Part shown: positions 1 through 23,291 of the stretch, one piece after another
How the letters are laid out: each line of letters opens with the position of its first letter
How positions within the stretch are numbered: the stretch's first letter is position 1
Origin: the human T2T-CHM13v2.0 reference genome, Homo sapiens
Length of the DNA: 64,000 bases
Strand: one strand, 5' to 3'
Assembly (NCBI RefSeq): GCF_009914755.1
Contig: NC_060943.1
The notes under the pieces: model-generated
The model's input: the letters and a program-made list of their open reading frames with translations, nothing else
Database searches by the model: none
What the model was told of the DNA's origin: nothing
Program-made: the position numbers and the translations under genes

Positions 1-239
1 AAGATCGCTTTGAGTTCAGGAGTTTGAGACCAGCCTGGGCAAGATGGCAAAACCCTGTCTCAATTTTAAAAAATACAAAAATTAGCCAGGCATGGTGATG
101 CATGTCTATAGTCCCAGCTACTTCGGAGACTGACACAGGAGGATCACTTGAGCCCGGAGGCAGAGGTTGTAGTGAGCTGAGATGGCAACATTGCACTCCA
201 GCTGGGGCGACAGAGGAAGGCCCTGTCTGAAAAAGAAAT

Positions 240-1640
<1,401 letters not shown>

Positions 1641-1714
1641 GCCAGGTGTGCTGGTTTTCATGCCTGTAATCCCAGCACTTTGGGAGGCTGAGGTGGATGG
1701 ATCACCTGAATTCA

Positions 1715-1984
<270 letters not shown>

Positions 1985-3229
1985 TCATCCTAAGTTTGGT
2001 AATTGGGGTGGCCATTTGTGTTAACTAATTGCCTTTATCCAAATGAAAAATAAAAATTCTTATATCCTTTTGGCAAGCAGGCAGTTTTAGCTTATAAGCA
2101 GGTGCCTAAGGAAATAGAAGTGTGCTACTGATGCAGGTAAGTGCCATCATTGGGGATTCACCCAGGAAAGAATTCAACTGGTGGTGCTACACAAGGATCT
2201 TTCATTCACTCAGAGTTGCTTTTTCCAGAGTACAGCTAAAACCTATGCAGTGTGCCCAGAATCAGCATTTTGTGCTGTTGGCTAGCTATAGTTATACTCA
2301 CTTTTAATTACATGCAAATTAAGGGGTGTGCCATGCAGAACTTTCTAGAAAGGAGGCTATAACTTCCAGGTGATTGTTGTGGAAGTGAATGGTAACTTTC
2401 ATGTTGTTGCCATGGTACTTATCAACTGTCATGGCTCTGGTAGGAGTGTCTTACCCTAACAAGCAAGGAGAGCAACTAGAGATGGCTTTTGGTGCCATCT
2501 GCTGGTTCCCGGTGGCTTCTTCACTTTATCCTGTTGGGACCAGGAAACAAAGTAAGTCCTACCCAGTCTCCTACCTCACTATGGTCTGAAGGTTGTATGT
2601 TGTGTGTGTCCTGCCTCCACACCACCACTCCGCAAAGCCAAATGCTTAAATCCTAACCGCAGAAGTGATGAAATTAGGATATGAGGCCTTAGGGAGGTGA
2701 TTAGATCATGAGGGCGGGGCCTTCGTTAATGGATTTACTAGCAAGTTTGTCCAAGTCGCCTTATTTTGTTGTTGTTGTCTTGTTTTGTTTTGTTTTAGAC
2801 TTGTAGCAGCCTGAAGCCATGGTTTTTAGTTTCTGTTTCTAGTGATAAGTGGAAAAGAGGGATGAGGAAGAGGCTTTGCAGGCCCAACCAGAAACAAAAA
2901 CTAACAACCCATAACTGTATTCTTGAACACCCCTGTATGGGATTGGCCGTGGAGACTTTCTCACCCCTTCTATCATGTGATTATGAGGTATGAGGTAGGA
3001 AATGTCTTTGTGTTTAAGGAGGGACTGTTCTGAACGTCCATGCTGATTCCCACTGAAGACGTTAAACTCTAGAGTCTGTGGGAAAAGGAAGAAGCTTAAT
3101 TGAATGTCTTTCTTTTTTCTTTCTTTTTTTTTTTTTTTTTTTTGAAGCTGAGTCTCACTCTGTTGCCCAGGCTGGAGTGCAGTGGCGCGATCTCGGCTCA
3201 CTGCAACCTCCACCTCCGGGTTCAAGTGA

Positions 3230-3640
<411 letters not shown>

Positions 3641-3768
3641 TAGCCAGGATGGTCTCGATCTGCTCACCTCGTGATCCACCCGCCTCGGTCTCCCAAAGTG
3701 CTGGGATTACAGGCGTGAGCCACCGCGCCTAGCTGAATGTCTTTCTTACGAGCCCTGGGTACTGGGCT

Positions 3769-4815
<1,047 letters not shown>

Positions 4816-5848
4816 AGCTTGGTAACTCATGCCTATAATCCCACACTTTGGGAGCCCACGGCAGGAGGATCGATTGAGGCCAGGAGTTAGAGCCAAGCTT
4901 GGGCAACATAGTGACATCCCATCTCTACAAAAAGAAAAAAAAATAGCTGACTGTGGTGGTGGGCGCCTGTAGTCCCAGCTACTGAGGAGGCTGAGGTGAA
5001 AGAATCACCTGAGTCCAGGAGTTCCATGCTGCGGTGAGCTATGATTGTGCCATTGCACACCAGTCTGGGTGACAGAGTGAGACTGTCTCTAAAAAAAAGG
5101 AAAAAAAAAGAAAGAAAATCCATCAGCAGATAGCTCTTGGATCTACCTTCACTTTAGCCTCAGACCATGCCACAACCCCTCTGTTCTCCCCTGCTACCAA
5201 CTTTCCAAACCACTTTCTTCTCATCGGGATTATTGCCTTAACTTTCCAATTACGCTCCCTGATTCTACCTTTGATTCCCAAGAGTTGTACAAATGACAGA
5301 CAGATATTCTTAAAATATATATCAGATAATATTGCTCCAGTAGCTCAGACCCTTCTATGACTTTGCATTGCACTCATAGTAAAACCCAAAATGTTTAGTT
5401 GTTCTCATGGCCCCATATGATCTGACTGATAATTGACTTCCTTCCTGCTAGTCTCCATCCTACCCAACTCACTTAAACCATTTCAGACACAGGGCTTCTG
5501 CTGTTACAGAAGCATTGTCCTGCCTTCCTGCCTCAGGGCCCTTGCACTTGCTGTTCTGTCTTTCCTCAGAAATTGACAGACATCCCCTAAATTCCTTCAG
5601 TCATTTCCTGGAGATGAAGTGGAAATACTGTGTGTAGATGACTCTGAGTCCCAGTTTTCTCATCTGTCAAACTGTTGTTCCATCCCCATCCCAGCTTGGA
5701 AAAGGCTTTTTTTTTTTTTTTTTTTTTTTTTTGCTGGCCCCTTGCTCTGTTGCCCAGACTGGAGTGCAGTGGCACGATCTCAGATCACTGCAACTTGAAC
5801 CCTCGTGAGTTCAAGCAATTCTTATGCCTCAGCCACAGGAATAGCTGA

Positions 5849-6214
<366 letters not shown>

Positions 6215-6313
6215 TGAGTAGCTGGGACTACAGGCGCCCGCCACCACGCCCAGGTAATTTTTTTGTATTTTTAGTACAGACGGGATTTCACTGTGTTAGC
6301 CAGGATGGTCTCA

Positions 6314-6472
<159 letters not shown>

Positions 6473-6964
6473 CTAGGATTATAGGTGTGAGCCACTGTGC
6501 CCAGCCAATTTTCGTACTTTTAGTAGAGACGAGGTTTGACCATGTTTGCCAGGCTGGTCTGGAACTCCTGACTTCAGGTTATCCGTCCACCTCAGCCTCC
6601 CAAAGTGCTGGGATTACAGGTATGATGAAAATGCTTTTTCAAGTGATAACTTTCCAATAGGGAAGGAAGGTTTAAAGGTAAGTTTCAAAAAGCACCTGCT
6701 TGAGATGAAATGTAATACCATAGGTCTCCAGAAGACAACAGCGCATCACTTGGTTTGCCTTATAAATCCTTAATTCTCAAAACACAGGAATTAAGAGAAA
6801 CAGCGAACATTTGTAGACCTCTTCACCCTTCGTTAGGGGGAAAGTGAAAATAACTATTTGCTGGGCATCTCTTGTTCTTTTCTATTTTTATTATTTTAAT
6901 TGATGTCCCATTCCAGGATGTTGGGCATCTATTGTTTCATCTGGACACTATTTTATATCTGTGA

Positions 6965-7189
<225 letters not shown>

Positions 7190-7220
7190 TAGCCAGGCTG
7201 GTCTCGAACCCTTGACATCA

Positions 7221-7840
<620 letters not shown>

Positions 7841-8586
7841 TAGAGACAGGGTCTCCCCATGTTGCCCAGGCTGGTCTAGAACTCCTGGGCTCAAAGGACC
7901 CTGCCTCAACCTCCCAAAGTGCCAGGATTACAGGTGTGAGCGACTGCGTCTGGCCTACATTTGTGATTTAAATCAGCACATTTCTCATCTCTCAGAACTC
8001 CTCAATAACCATCGGTTGGAAAAAAGAGCAAAAAACCTAAATGTATTTATATGTAATCTCTAGGAGTTAACCTCACCGAAAGATACAACCGATTTAAGAA
8101 GAAAATGTTAAAACTCTCTTCAAGGGCCTATAGAAGAAACGGGATGAATGGAAACGTGATTCACTCTGTGGACTGGCAGATACCTCTGGAAATCTGGTGT
8201 TCTATTGTAATAAGTTCTCGGGAAGGTAGAGACTTTTATTTGGGACATAGAGGCTTGGCCAACCAGAATGGAGGACCCACCCAAGTCCCGCCCCCAAGCC
8301 TGAGCCCTCTCCTTTGCTCCACCCACTCTGCCTGAAGTCCCCTCAACCCCTCCGACTTCGCAGTCTCCCAGCCCGGCCTTCTGGGGCTGGTCTTCATTGG
8401 AAGCCACGCCCCCAGGTCTGTCGGATAAACATTTTACAACCTATTCTCTCTGAAGTCTAGTACCTGGAGGCTTCCTCTGGAAATAAGAACTTGGGTCTCC
8501 CGCCTGGCCAACATGACGAAACCCCGTCTCTACTAGAAATACAAAAATTAGCCGGTCGTGGTGGCACACACCTGTAATCCTAGCTA

Positions 8587-9540
<954 letters not shown>

Positions 9541-9576
9541 TTGCTTAGGCTGGCATCGAATTCCTGGGCTCAAGCT

Positions 9577-10443
9577 GTAATTGCCGGAGGGTTCTTCCTG
9601 CCCACTGCATAAAGAAAGACAATGGCATTGTAGTAAAGGAAGAGTTTAGTGGACATGAGGCTGGCCATGCCACGTGGGAGTCGAAGTTCCTACTCAAATC
9701 ATCTCAAAGCTCCTAGGTTAGGGGTTTTCCAAAGACAGTTTGGGGGAACGGGTGGGGATGGCAGAGTAACAGGTGCTTGCTGCTGATTGGTTGGGGCAGA
9801 TGCAATCATAGGGGGGTCGAAGCCTTCCTCCTACAGGCTGAATCGATTTTGGGTGGGGCCATAGGAGCAGGGTTGACGGGTCCATGAGGAGTGTTAGGTG
9901 TCAGACATGCAATAAAACCTGAAAGGGTATCTCCAAAGGCCAATCTGGGGTTCTGCAATAGTGGTGTTATTTGCAGGAGTAATTGGGGAAGTTGCATATC
10001 TCATAACCTCTGGAATAGTGGCTGACATACATTTCTGCGCCTTTGCAGGAATCAGGCTCCTCTCCTGCTGATGGCTCCCCATTAGTTTTACCAAAGCGAT
10101 TGAGTTTTAGGCAAAGCTTATTATCACCTAAACTATAGCCTAAATGTTTCTTAAAGTTACCTCAGCCCAATAGCCCAGGAAATATTAAGGGAAAGGGAAG
10201 ATGGGGGGTGGATTGGCTCAGATCTCTTTCACTGTCATAATTTTCTGATATATATTTTTTTGAGACAGGGTCTCACTCTGTTACCCAGGCTAGAGTGCAG
10301 AGGTGCAATCACAGCTCACTGCAGCCTCGACCTCCCCAGGCTCAAATGACCTGCCCATTCTGGAGTTCATTCAGCCTCACAAAATGTTGGAATTACAGGC
10401 GTGAGCCACCTCGACTGTCCTGATTATTATTTTTGCAAAGGCA
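9577..10443 (-). mobile_element. LTR8-related ERV1 LTR (Alu-interrupted)
   Basis: Termini tgtaattgcc... and ...tttttgcaaaggc resemble the reverse complement of LTR8-type ends. Confidence 0.6.
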
Positions 10444-10445
10444 AT

Positions 10446-10701
10446 GGTTGACAAAGAGTCAAACTCTGTAAAATATTTGAAGAGATTTATTCTGAGCCAA
10501 ATATGAGTGACCATGGCCCACGACACAGCCCTCAGGATGTCCTGAGAACATGTGACAAAAGTGGTTGGGGTGCAGCTTGGTTTTATATATTTTAGGGAGA
10601 CATGAGACATCAATCAAACACATTTAATAAATACATTGGCTTGGTCCAGAAAAGCAGGACAACTCAAAGCAGGAAGCTTCCACGCTATAGGTAAATTTAA
10701 A
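10446..10701 (-). mobile_element. MER4A-like LTR 3' part
   Basis: Reverse complement of the 9360-9540 element. Confidence 0.7.
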
Positions 10702-10726
10702 CTTTTTTTTTTTTTTTTTTTTTTGA

Positions 10727-10885
<159 letters not shown>

Positions 10886-11467
10886 TAGTAGAGACGGGGT
10901 TTCTCCATGTTGGTCAGGCTGGTCTCGAACTCCCGACCTCAGGTGATCCGCCTGCCTCTGCCTCCCAGTGTTGGGATTACAGGCGTGAGCCACCGCGCTC
11001 GGCCATATGTGCAATTTATTACATGTTAATTATACCTCAGTGAAGCTGTAGGGGCTGGGCATGGTGAGTAGTTCACACCTGTAATCCCAGCACTTTGGGA
11101 GGCTGTGGCAGGCAGATCGCTTGAGCCCAAAACTTTGAGACCAGCCTGGGCAATATGGTGAGACCCCATCTCTACAAAAAAAGAAAAATTAGCTGGGCAT
11201 GGTGGCATGTGCCTATAGTCCCAGGTACTTGTGTGGCTGAGAGGGTAAGGAACACTACAGCCCTGGAGGTCAAGGCTGAGATGAGCCATGATGCGCTCTG
11301 GCCTGGGCAACAAAGCAAGACCCTGTCTCGAAAAAAAATTTTTTCTTTTTTTCCTAAAGAATGTGTAGGCCAAGTTAACCCTCCAGACAGGTAAGAATGT
11401 GATATGTGTCATAGCCTGTAATTTATACAATAACATCAAGGCTGCTTTGGTCCAAGGGCAGGATCTA

Positions 11468-11632
<165 letters not shown>

Positions 11633-11731
11633 TTAAAACAAAAAACAAAAAAAAACAAAAAACCACCAGGCATGGTAGTGTGCACCTGTAGTCTCAATTA
11701 CTTGGGAGGCTGAGGTGGGAGGATTGCTTCA

Positions 11732-12088
<357 letters not shown>

Positions 12089-12615
12089 CTACAAAAACAA
12101 AAACTCCGTCTCAAAAAAAAAAAAAAATCTAGAAATGTTGGAGTTGTTCTCAGGACTTGGGTTAAGCAGAAGTCAAGATGGCAGTTGGCATCCAAGATGG
12201 AGTCATGATTGCCTTCACAGCCCCTAATAGGGCCCAGTTACTGGGCCTCCCTTCAGATACTATTGCATGGCAGCATGGCAGCTTTATATCCTGGGCAAGA
12301 TTGTGGAGTAAAATTACTCAGGTTCTACTTTACCAGCTATGTTGCTTTGGGCAACTTAACTTCTCTGTGCCTCAGTGTCTTCATCTCTACCTCCCTCAGT
12401 GGGCTGCTTATAGGAGTCCATGCATGAAGGACTGAGCACAGTGCCTGCCACATAAGAAGCACTCAGTAGGCTGGGTGTGGTGGCTCACGCCTGTAATCTC
12501 ACCACTTCGGGAGGCTGAGGCAGGAGGATCGCTTGAGCCAAGCAGTTTGAGACCAACCTGGGCAACACAGTGAGACCACGTCTTTACAAAATAATAATAA
12601 TAATAATTCTTTTTA

Positions 12616-12825
<210 letters not shown>

Positions 12826-13165
12826 TCATTGGAGGGCAGTCCTGAAGCCCCCAGCCCCTTATCTGGGAGAAGGCAATGATTAGGGGTGGGGAGGTTCCAA
12901 AAGGGGAGAAGCTCTGTCTGATGTCCCATCACCCCATCACCCCTTGGGGCAAGGCCCATGTTAGAGGTCACTAAGGCAGAATGAATTCTCCATAGGGTAA
13001 GCCCAGGAAGAAGACACCTGTAACCAGTGGTATGCCACAGCTCAGGAGAGCCAAATGCTGAATCTTCAACTATTTTGTGAGCCAGTTGTTAAACTGTTGG
13101 TAGCTTGAAACCAGCTGTGGTGAGACAGTGTTTACACCATAGTAATCTGCAAATGCTACAGATCA

Positions 13166-13348
<183 letters not shown>

Positions 13349-14208
13349 CTAAAAATATAAAAATTGGCTGGGTGTGGTGGCATGTGCCTGTAATCCCAGG
13401 TACTCAGGAGGCTGAGGCAGGCTGCAGCATAAACCTTGGAGGCAGAGGTTGCAGTGAGCTGAGATCGCACCATTGCACTCCAGCTTAGGTGACAGAGTGA
13501 GACTAGCATCTCCAAAAAACAAACAAAAAAACTAAAACGAATGCCTGCTGCTCCCTCCCTTCCAACTGGAAAGGCAGAGAGGAAAAAGAAAGGAAGCTTT
13601 TTTGCCCTAGAGTTGTTCCAGGTTGGGGCATCGGCAATGCACTTCCAGAACCACCTGCAGAGTCCAGCACAGGGCTGGTGTTGAGTCACCCTCATGTTCT
13701 CCCAAACTGACCCCAGCTCTCCAGACACTCTCTGCAAGCAAAACAAACCTCATTTCCCTCCTTGTTCCCACAGGCTCTGAGACTTCACCAATCTCTGTTT
13801 CTACCTGGTTCAACCCAGCCCCCTGATGTCCTGGGCTGGAGCTGCTGGGGTGGTCACAGCATTGGACAATCAGACCTTGACTAGGGCCACATCAGGGGCA
13901 CACTCATAGCCTAGTCCTCATGTGGCCAGATGGAGAAGGAATTTCAGGTGAGGTGGCTCATGCCTGTAATCCCAGTATTTTGGGAGGCCAAGGCAGGAGG
14001 ATCATTTGCACTCAGGAGTTAGAGACCAGCCTGGGCAACACAGTGAGACCCCCATCTCTACAAAAAATAAAAAGTAGCTAGGTGTGGTGGCACATTCCTG
14101 TGGTCCCAGCTACTTGGGAGGCTGAAGTAGGATGGCTTGAGCCCAGGAGTTCGAGACCAGTCTTGGCAACATAGGGAGACTCCTGTCTCTGTCTGTCTAC
14201 CTGTCTGT

Positions 14209-14394
14209 CTATCTATCTATCTATATTTATTTTTGAAACAGAGTCTCTCTCTGTTGCCCAGGCTGGAGTACAGTGGCACAATCTCGGCTCTCTGCAACCT
14301 CCTATCTATCTATCTATATTTATTTTTGAAACAGAGTCTCTCTCTGTTGCCCAGACTGGAGTGCAGTGGTACAATCTCGGCTCTCTGCAACCTC
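14209..14394. repeat. Tandem duplication (2 x 93 bp) of an Alu 3' end
   Basis: ctatctatctatctatatttatttttgaaacagagtctc...gcaacctc occurs twice with 3 differences. Confidence 0.92.
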
Positions 14395-14436
14395 CCACTC
14401 CAGGGTTCAAGCGATTCTCCTGCCTCAGCCTCCTGA

Positions 14437-14726
<290 letters not shown>

Positions 14727-16004
14727 TGAGACCAGCCTGACCAATATGGTGAAACTCCAACTCTACTAAAAATACAAAAATTAGCCAGGCATGGTGGCAC
14801 ACGCCTGTATTCCCAGCTACTTAGGAGGCTGAGGCAGGAGAATCATTTGATCCTGGGAGGCAGAGGTTGCAGTGAGCTAAGATTGCACCACTGCACCACT
14901 CCAGCCTGGGCAACAGATCAAGACTCCGTTTCAAAAAAAAAAAAAAAAGAGAGACAGAAAGAGAAGGAATTTCTACTGCAACTCTGAGTGGGAAGAGCAT
15001 GGGAGGAACATCTCTGGCTCTTCTCTGATGGGTAAGCTTGGAATAAGAAACCAAGTGTACCCAGCTCAGCTCTCTTCTCCAACCTGGCTCTAAGCACCAG
15101 AGGAGGCACCTGGGCCTGCTGAGCAGGTGGTGAACCCACAGAGCCGGGGCTTAGCCACACACAGCAACGCTCATCTCACGGGTAGGCACTCACACTTATA
15201 ATCTGACACCTGCATCTTTCAAGTGGTTCAGACTCGAAAGGCAGGAAAAGGTGGTGTTACTTACTGAACCCCTAAAGCCTGAGCCACCTGCAAGGCCCTG
15301 CCCACTCCTGTCCCCATTATCTCCTTTTGTTTTATTTTTTTTTTTTTTGAGACAGGGTCTCACTCTGTCACCCAGTCTGGAGTGCAGTGGTGATCACAGT
15401 TCACTGCAACCTCCGAGTCCCAGGCTTAAGCAATCCTCCCACCTCAGCCTCCTGAATAGCTGGGATACCAGCTGGGTAGATGCACACCACCACACCTGGC
15501 TAATTTTTTCTGTAGAGACAGGGTTTCACCATGTTGCCCAAGCTGGTCTCAAACTCCTGAACTCAAAGTGATTCACTTGCCTCAGATGTCCCAGGTTGGC
15601 CTTAAACTCCTGGGCTCAAGTGATCCACCCACCTCAGCCTCCCAAAGTGCTGGGTTTACACATGTGAGCCACCATGCCCGGCCCTGACCTCAACTTCGAC
15701 AGCTCTTACCCCTGCTCACTCTGCCACACAACCTTCTTTCTGTTTCTGGAAAATGCCAAGTTCATTCTCATCTTAGCAGTGCTGGCCTTTCCTCTTCTGC
15801 CCTAGCTCTTCTGATCTTTGCTTTCTCTTCACCTCTCAGATCTCAGCACAGAGGCCTACCGTGCTCACTCAACCATGCAAGTATGCCTCCATCACGTGAC
15901 CCTGGTGTACTGGCTCAGAGTCTCCAAAATTACAACATGGTGGCCGAGCGCAGTGGCTCACACCTGTAATTCCAGCACTTTGGGAGGCCGAGGTGAGCAG
16001 ATCA

Positions 16005-16250
<246 letters not shown>

Positions 16251-16437
16251 TTACCTGTTTGTTGTCCTGTCTTCTCCTCTATGAGATCTACGAGGGCAGG
16301 GTCTTGTCAGTTTTGTTCACTGTGGTGGCCCAGTTTCCCAGAACCTAGAACAGTGCCTGCAAAATAGCAGAAGCTCAAGAAAGATTGGTTGAATGAATAA
16401 ACTGAATACTTCTCGGGAAAAAAAAATGATTTTTTTC

Positions 16438-16443
16438 TTTAAT
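16438..16443 (-). terminator. FBXL12: Likely FBXL12 polyadenylation signal ATTAAA
   Basis: tttaat on plus strand, ~600 nt past the stop codon, followed by U-rich sequence on the minus strand. Confidence 0.6.
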
Positions 16444-17038
16444 AGTAAAATAATATACGTCTTGGAAAATACAGCATACAAAATACAGAAAATATAATTG
16501 AGCACTTTTATGAGCATATCGATCATTGAATCGCGAGTCTGCATCGCCTATCTCTCCGCGTCTCTTGCGTGCGTGTAGGTATATAAATGGTGTATAGGCT
16601 TGTGGGTGTGCATGCATAGACAGTCCTTCTTGGGTACTCATAAGGGGGCTCAGACCCTCAGGTGCCCCTGAGTCTTAACCCCACCCCTTCTTCATCCGTC
16701 CTGTTCCTGAAGACGACCATGAAGGTGACTCTTCATTGAGAGCCTCTGGAGGCTGGGAGCTTTTAGAGTAAGGCTTTGCAATGTAACCGTGAGGTAGCTA
16801 TGATCATCCTTATTTCCAGATGTGGGAACTAGGCTTCCCAGAGGCTGATGATATGACCAAGGCCACACAGCTGGCAAACAGTGATTCCAATGGTCTGGAG
16901 GTCCCTAGGCCTCTGTTCTCTCAACCTGGGGCTTTCAGTTTCCTCAAGTCTGATTATCTGCCCTCTTCAAGGTGCTGCTCAGAGGGTCTGGGGCTCAATG
17001 ATGAAAACTGGGATGGGTCCCAAGGGCAGGTGGAGTAG

Positions 17039-17860
17039 TTACATCCACCAGTCCATAGACTCTTTGGGGCAAGCCCTGACGATGACCATACAGTGGGGCA
17101 GCCCCTTACACAGGATCTTCTCCGCCTCCTGACCCTCCCACCCCAGCCCCTGCAGCTCAAGGACTCTGAGCTTGGGCATAGTGAGGCAGGAGGAGAGGAT
17201 TTCAGTGGGGGAGGGCATTTCTGGGGTGACGAGGGGACCCTGCAGGCACAGACTCTCCAGGGCCGGCATTCCCTCCAGCACAGCCAGGCCAGGGGCAGAG
17301 AGGCCCCTCACGGTCAGCCGGATCTTGCGCACATCTCGGAGGTGGCGGCTGATGGCCAGCAGGGTGCTGTCGGCAGACAGGGTGCAGCCCAGCACCTCAA
17401 GCCTCTGCAGATAGCTGAGCTCCTGCAGGCCAGCATCCAGCCCTGTCTCGGTCACACGGTAGGTACCACCCAGCACCAGCGAGCGCAAGGCCCGGAAGCG
17501 CGTCAGGCCCTGCAGGTGCTCGTCACGGAAGGCGGGGACGCGGTCCAGCACGATGCATTCAAGCAGGGGCAGCACGGTGGGGTCCTGCTGCTTGTGGAGC
17601 CAGGCCATGGAGATCTCGCAGCTGTGCAGCTCCAGGGTCCTCAAGGTGCTGGGCAGGCTGGTGATGGGCACCATGCTCAGGTCGGCCACGTGCAGGCAGA
17701 GGCGCTTCAGGTTGGGGCACTTCTGGCCCAGGGCTCTCAACAGAGCAGGGGACAACTGGGGGGCCTGGGAGCCAGAGAACAGGTAGCCACCCATCCGCAG
17801 GGAATGGAGCCGGGATGCCATGTACCTTCGAAGGAGGTGCCACATGACTTTAGGTCGCAT
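17039..17860 (-). CDS. FBXL12: FBXL12 coding exon 3 (leucine-rich repeats, MRPKVMWHLL...ESMDWWM*)
   Basis: Acceptor ctcttacag|ATG. LRR motifs (LKRLCL, LRTLEL, LRSLVL, LQRLEV). Spliced total is 326 aa. Confidence 0.97.
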   Translation of the reverse strand: MRPKVMWHLLRRYMASRLHSLRMGGYLFSGSQAPQLSPALLRALGQKCPNLKRLCLHVADLSMVPITSLPSTLRTLELHSCEISMAWLHKQQDPTVLPLLECIVLDRVPAFRDEHLQGLTRFRALRSLVLGGTYRVTETGLDAGLQELSYLQRLEVLGCTLSADSTLLAISRHLRDVRKIRLTVRGLSAPGLAVLEGMPALESLCLQGPLVTPEMPSPTEILSSCLTMPKLRVLELQGLGWEGQEAEKILCKGLPHCMVIVRACPKESMDWWM

Positions 17861-17988
17861 CTGTAAGAGCCAGAGATTGGGGTGACAGAGTGAGAGGTAT
17901 GGAGCTTCCAAGGCCCCTGCTGGGCTGGAGACACACAACCCCGGGGTGGGGGATTCTGGTGCCCTGCTGGGCTTCTGCCCTTGCCTAG

Positions 17989-18249
<261 letters not shown>

Positions 18250-19055
18250 TAGTAGAGATGAGGTCTTGCTATGTTGCCCAGGCTGGTCTCCAACTCCTGG
18301 ATTCAAGCAATCCTCCCATCTCAGCCCCTCAAAGTGCTGGGTCTACAGTCGTGAGCCACTGCACTCGGCCACTTAGAATAAATCTGGTAGGGGCTGGGCA
18401 CAGTGGCTCATGCCTGTAATCCCAGCACTTTGGGAGGCTGAGGTGGATGGATCATTTGAGGTCAGGAGTTTAATACCAGCCTGGCCAACATGGTGAAACC
18501 ATGTTTCTACTAAAAATACAAAAATTAGCTGGGCGTGGTGGCAAGCACCTGTAATCCCAGCTACTCAAGAGGCTGAGGCAAGAGAATCACTTGAACCCAG
18601 GAGACAAAGGTTGCAGTGAGTCGATATCGCACCACTGCACTCCAGCCTGGGCGATAGAGTGAGACTCTGTCTCAAAAAAAAAAAAAAAAAAAAAAAAAGA
18701 TAAATCTGGTAGGGGAAAAAAAGATACTAACAGAATCTATCTTTAGCAATAAATTTTTACCGTTTTTTCTGGACTAAGAAAAAGAGCAGAGCAACCCATT
18801 GATATTTTACCCCTTTCTTAATGATCACCTCCAGTAGAAATAAGCAACACAGAATAAAATTTTAAAAGCCGAAAACTACCCAGAGTAAATTAGGTCTATG
18901 TTAAAAAAAAAAAAAAAAAAACAACAAATGAAAAGGCTGGGCACGGTGGCTCACACCTGTAATCCCAGCACTTTGGGAGGCCAAGGCGGGCAGATCACCT
19001 GAGGTCAGGAGTTCAAGACCAGCCTGACCAACATGGAGAAACCCCGTCTCTACTA

Positions 19056-19229
<174 letters not shown>

Positions 19230-19645
19230 TCAAAGCCTGGTAGAGTGGAAGCTGCAAAAATCAACCCTGGGAAGTTAGACTTAGTAGAAAATAAAAAATA
19301 TATATAATTGATAGCACTGGGCATTTCATTCTAAGTACAGTTTATCTTAAAAAGAAAAAGTTAGCATGCTTACATCTGCCTTTTATTGCTGGATTTCTCT
19401 ACTTGGCATCATAGGGCCTAATGGAAAAAGGAAAATTGTCTAATAACATATTCTTTATGTGTGCTTACAAAGGTGTTTCTTTTCTTTTCTTTTTTTTTGA
19501 GACGGAGTTTTGCTTGTTGCCCAGGCTGGAGTGCAATGGCACGATCTCAGTCACCGCAACCTCCGCCTCCTGGGTTCAAGCGATTCTCGTGCCTTAGCCT
19601 CCTGAGTAGCTGGGATTACAGGCATGTGCCACCATGCCCGGCTAA

Positions 19646-19852
<207 letters not shown>

Positions 19853-19869
19853 TAGCCAGGATGGTCTCA

Positions 19870-19959
<90 letters not shown>

Positions 19960-20016
19960 TTAGTAGAGACAGGGTTTCTCCATGTAGGTCAGGCTGGTCT
20001 CAAACACCCGACCTCA

Positions 20017-20112
<96 letters not shown>

Positions 20113-20204
20113 TCACTGAAGAAAATAGCTTATCATCAATCCTTCAGAAAGCATGCTTACATTTGCCTTTTATACATGCATATATATACCCATGTAATAC
20201 AAAC

Positions 20205-23291
<3,087 letters not shown>

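Noticed and set aside
2740-2936. Hairpin-like stretch considered as a possible snoRNA/miRNA
   Set aside because: The ends resemble hAT terminal inverted repeats inserted in a MaLR fragment, so a small DNA transposon is more likely. Family not confidently identified.
17093-17866. 257-aa plus-strand ORF
   Set aside because: Antisense shadow of the GC-rich FBXL12 exon 3.
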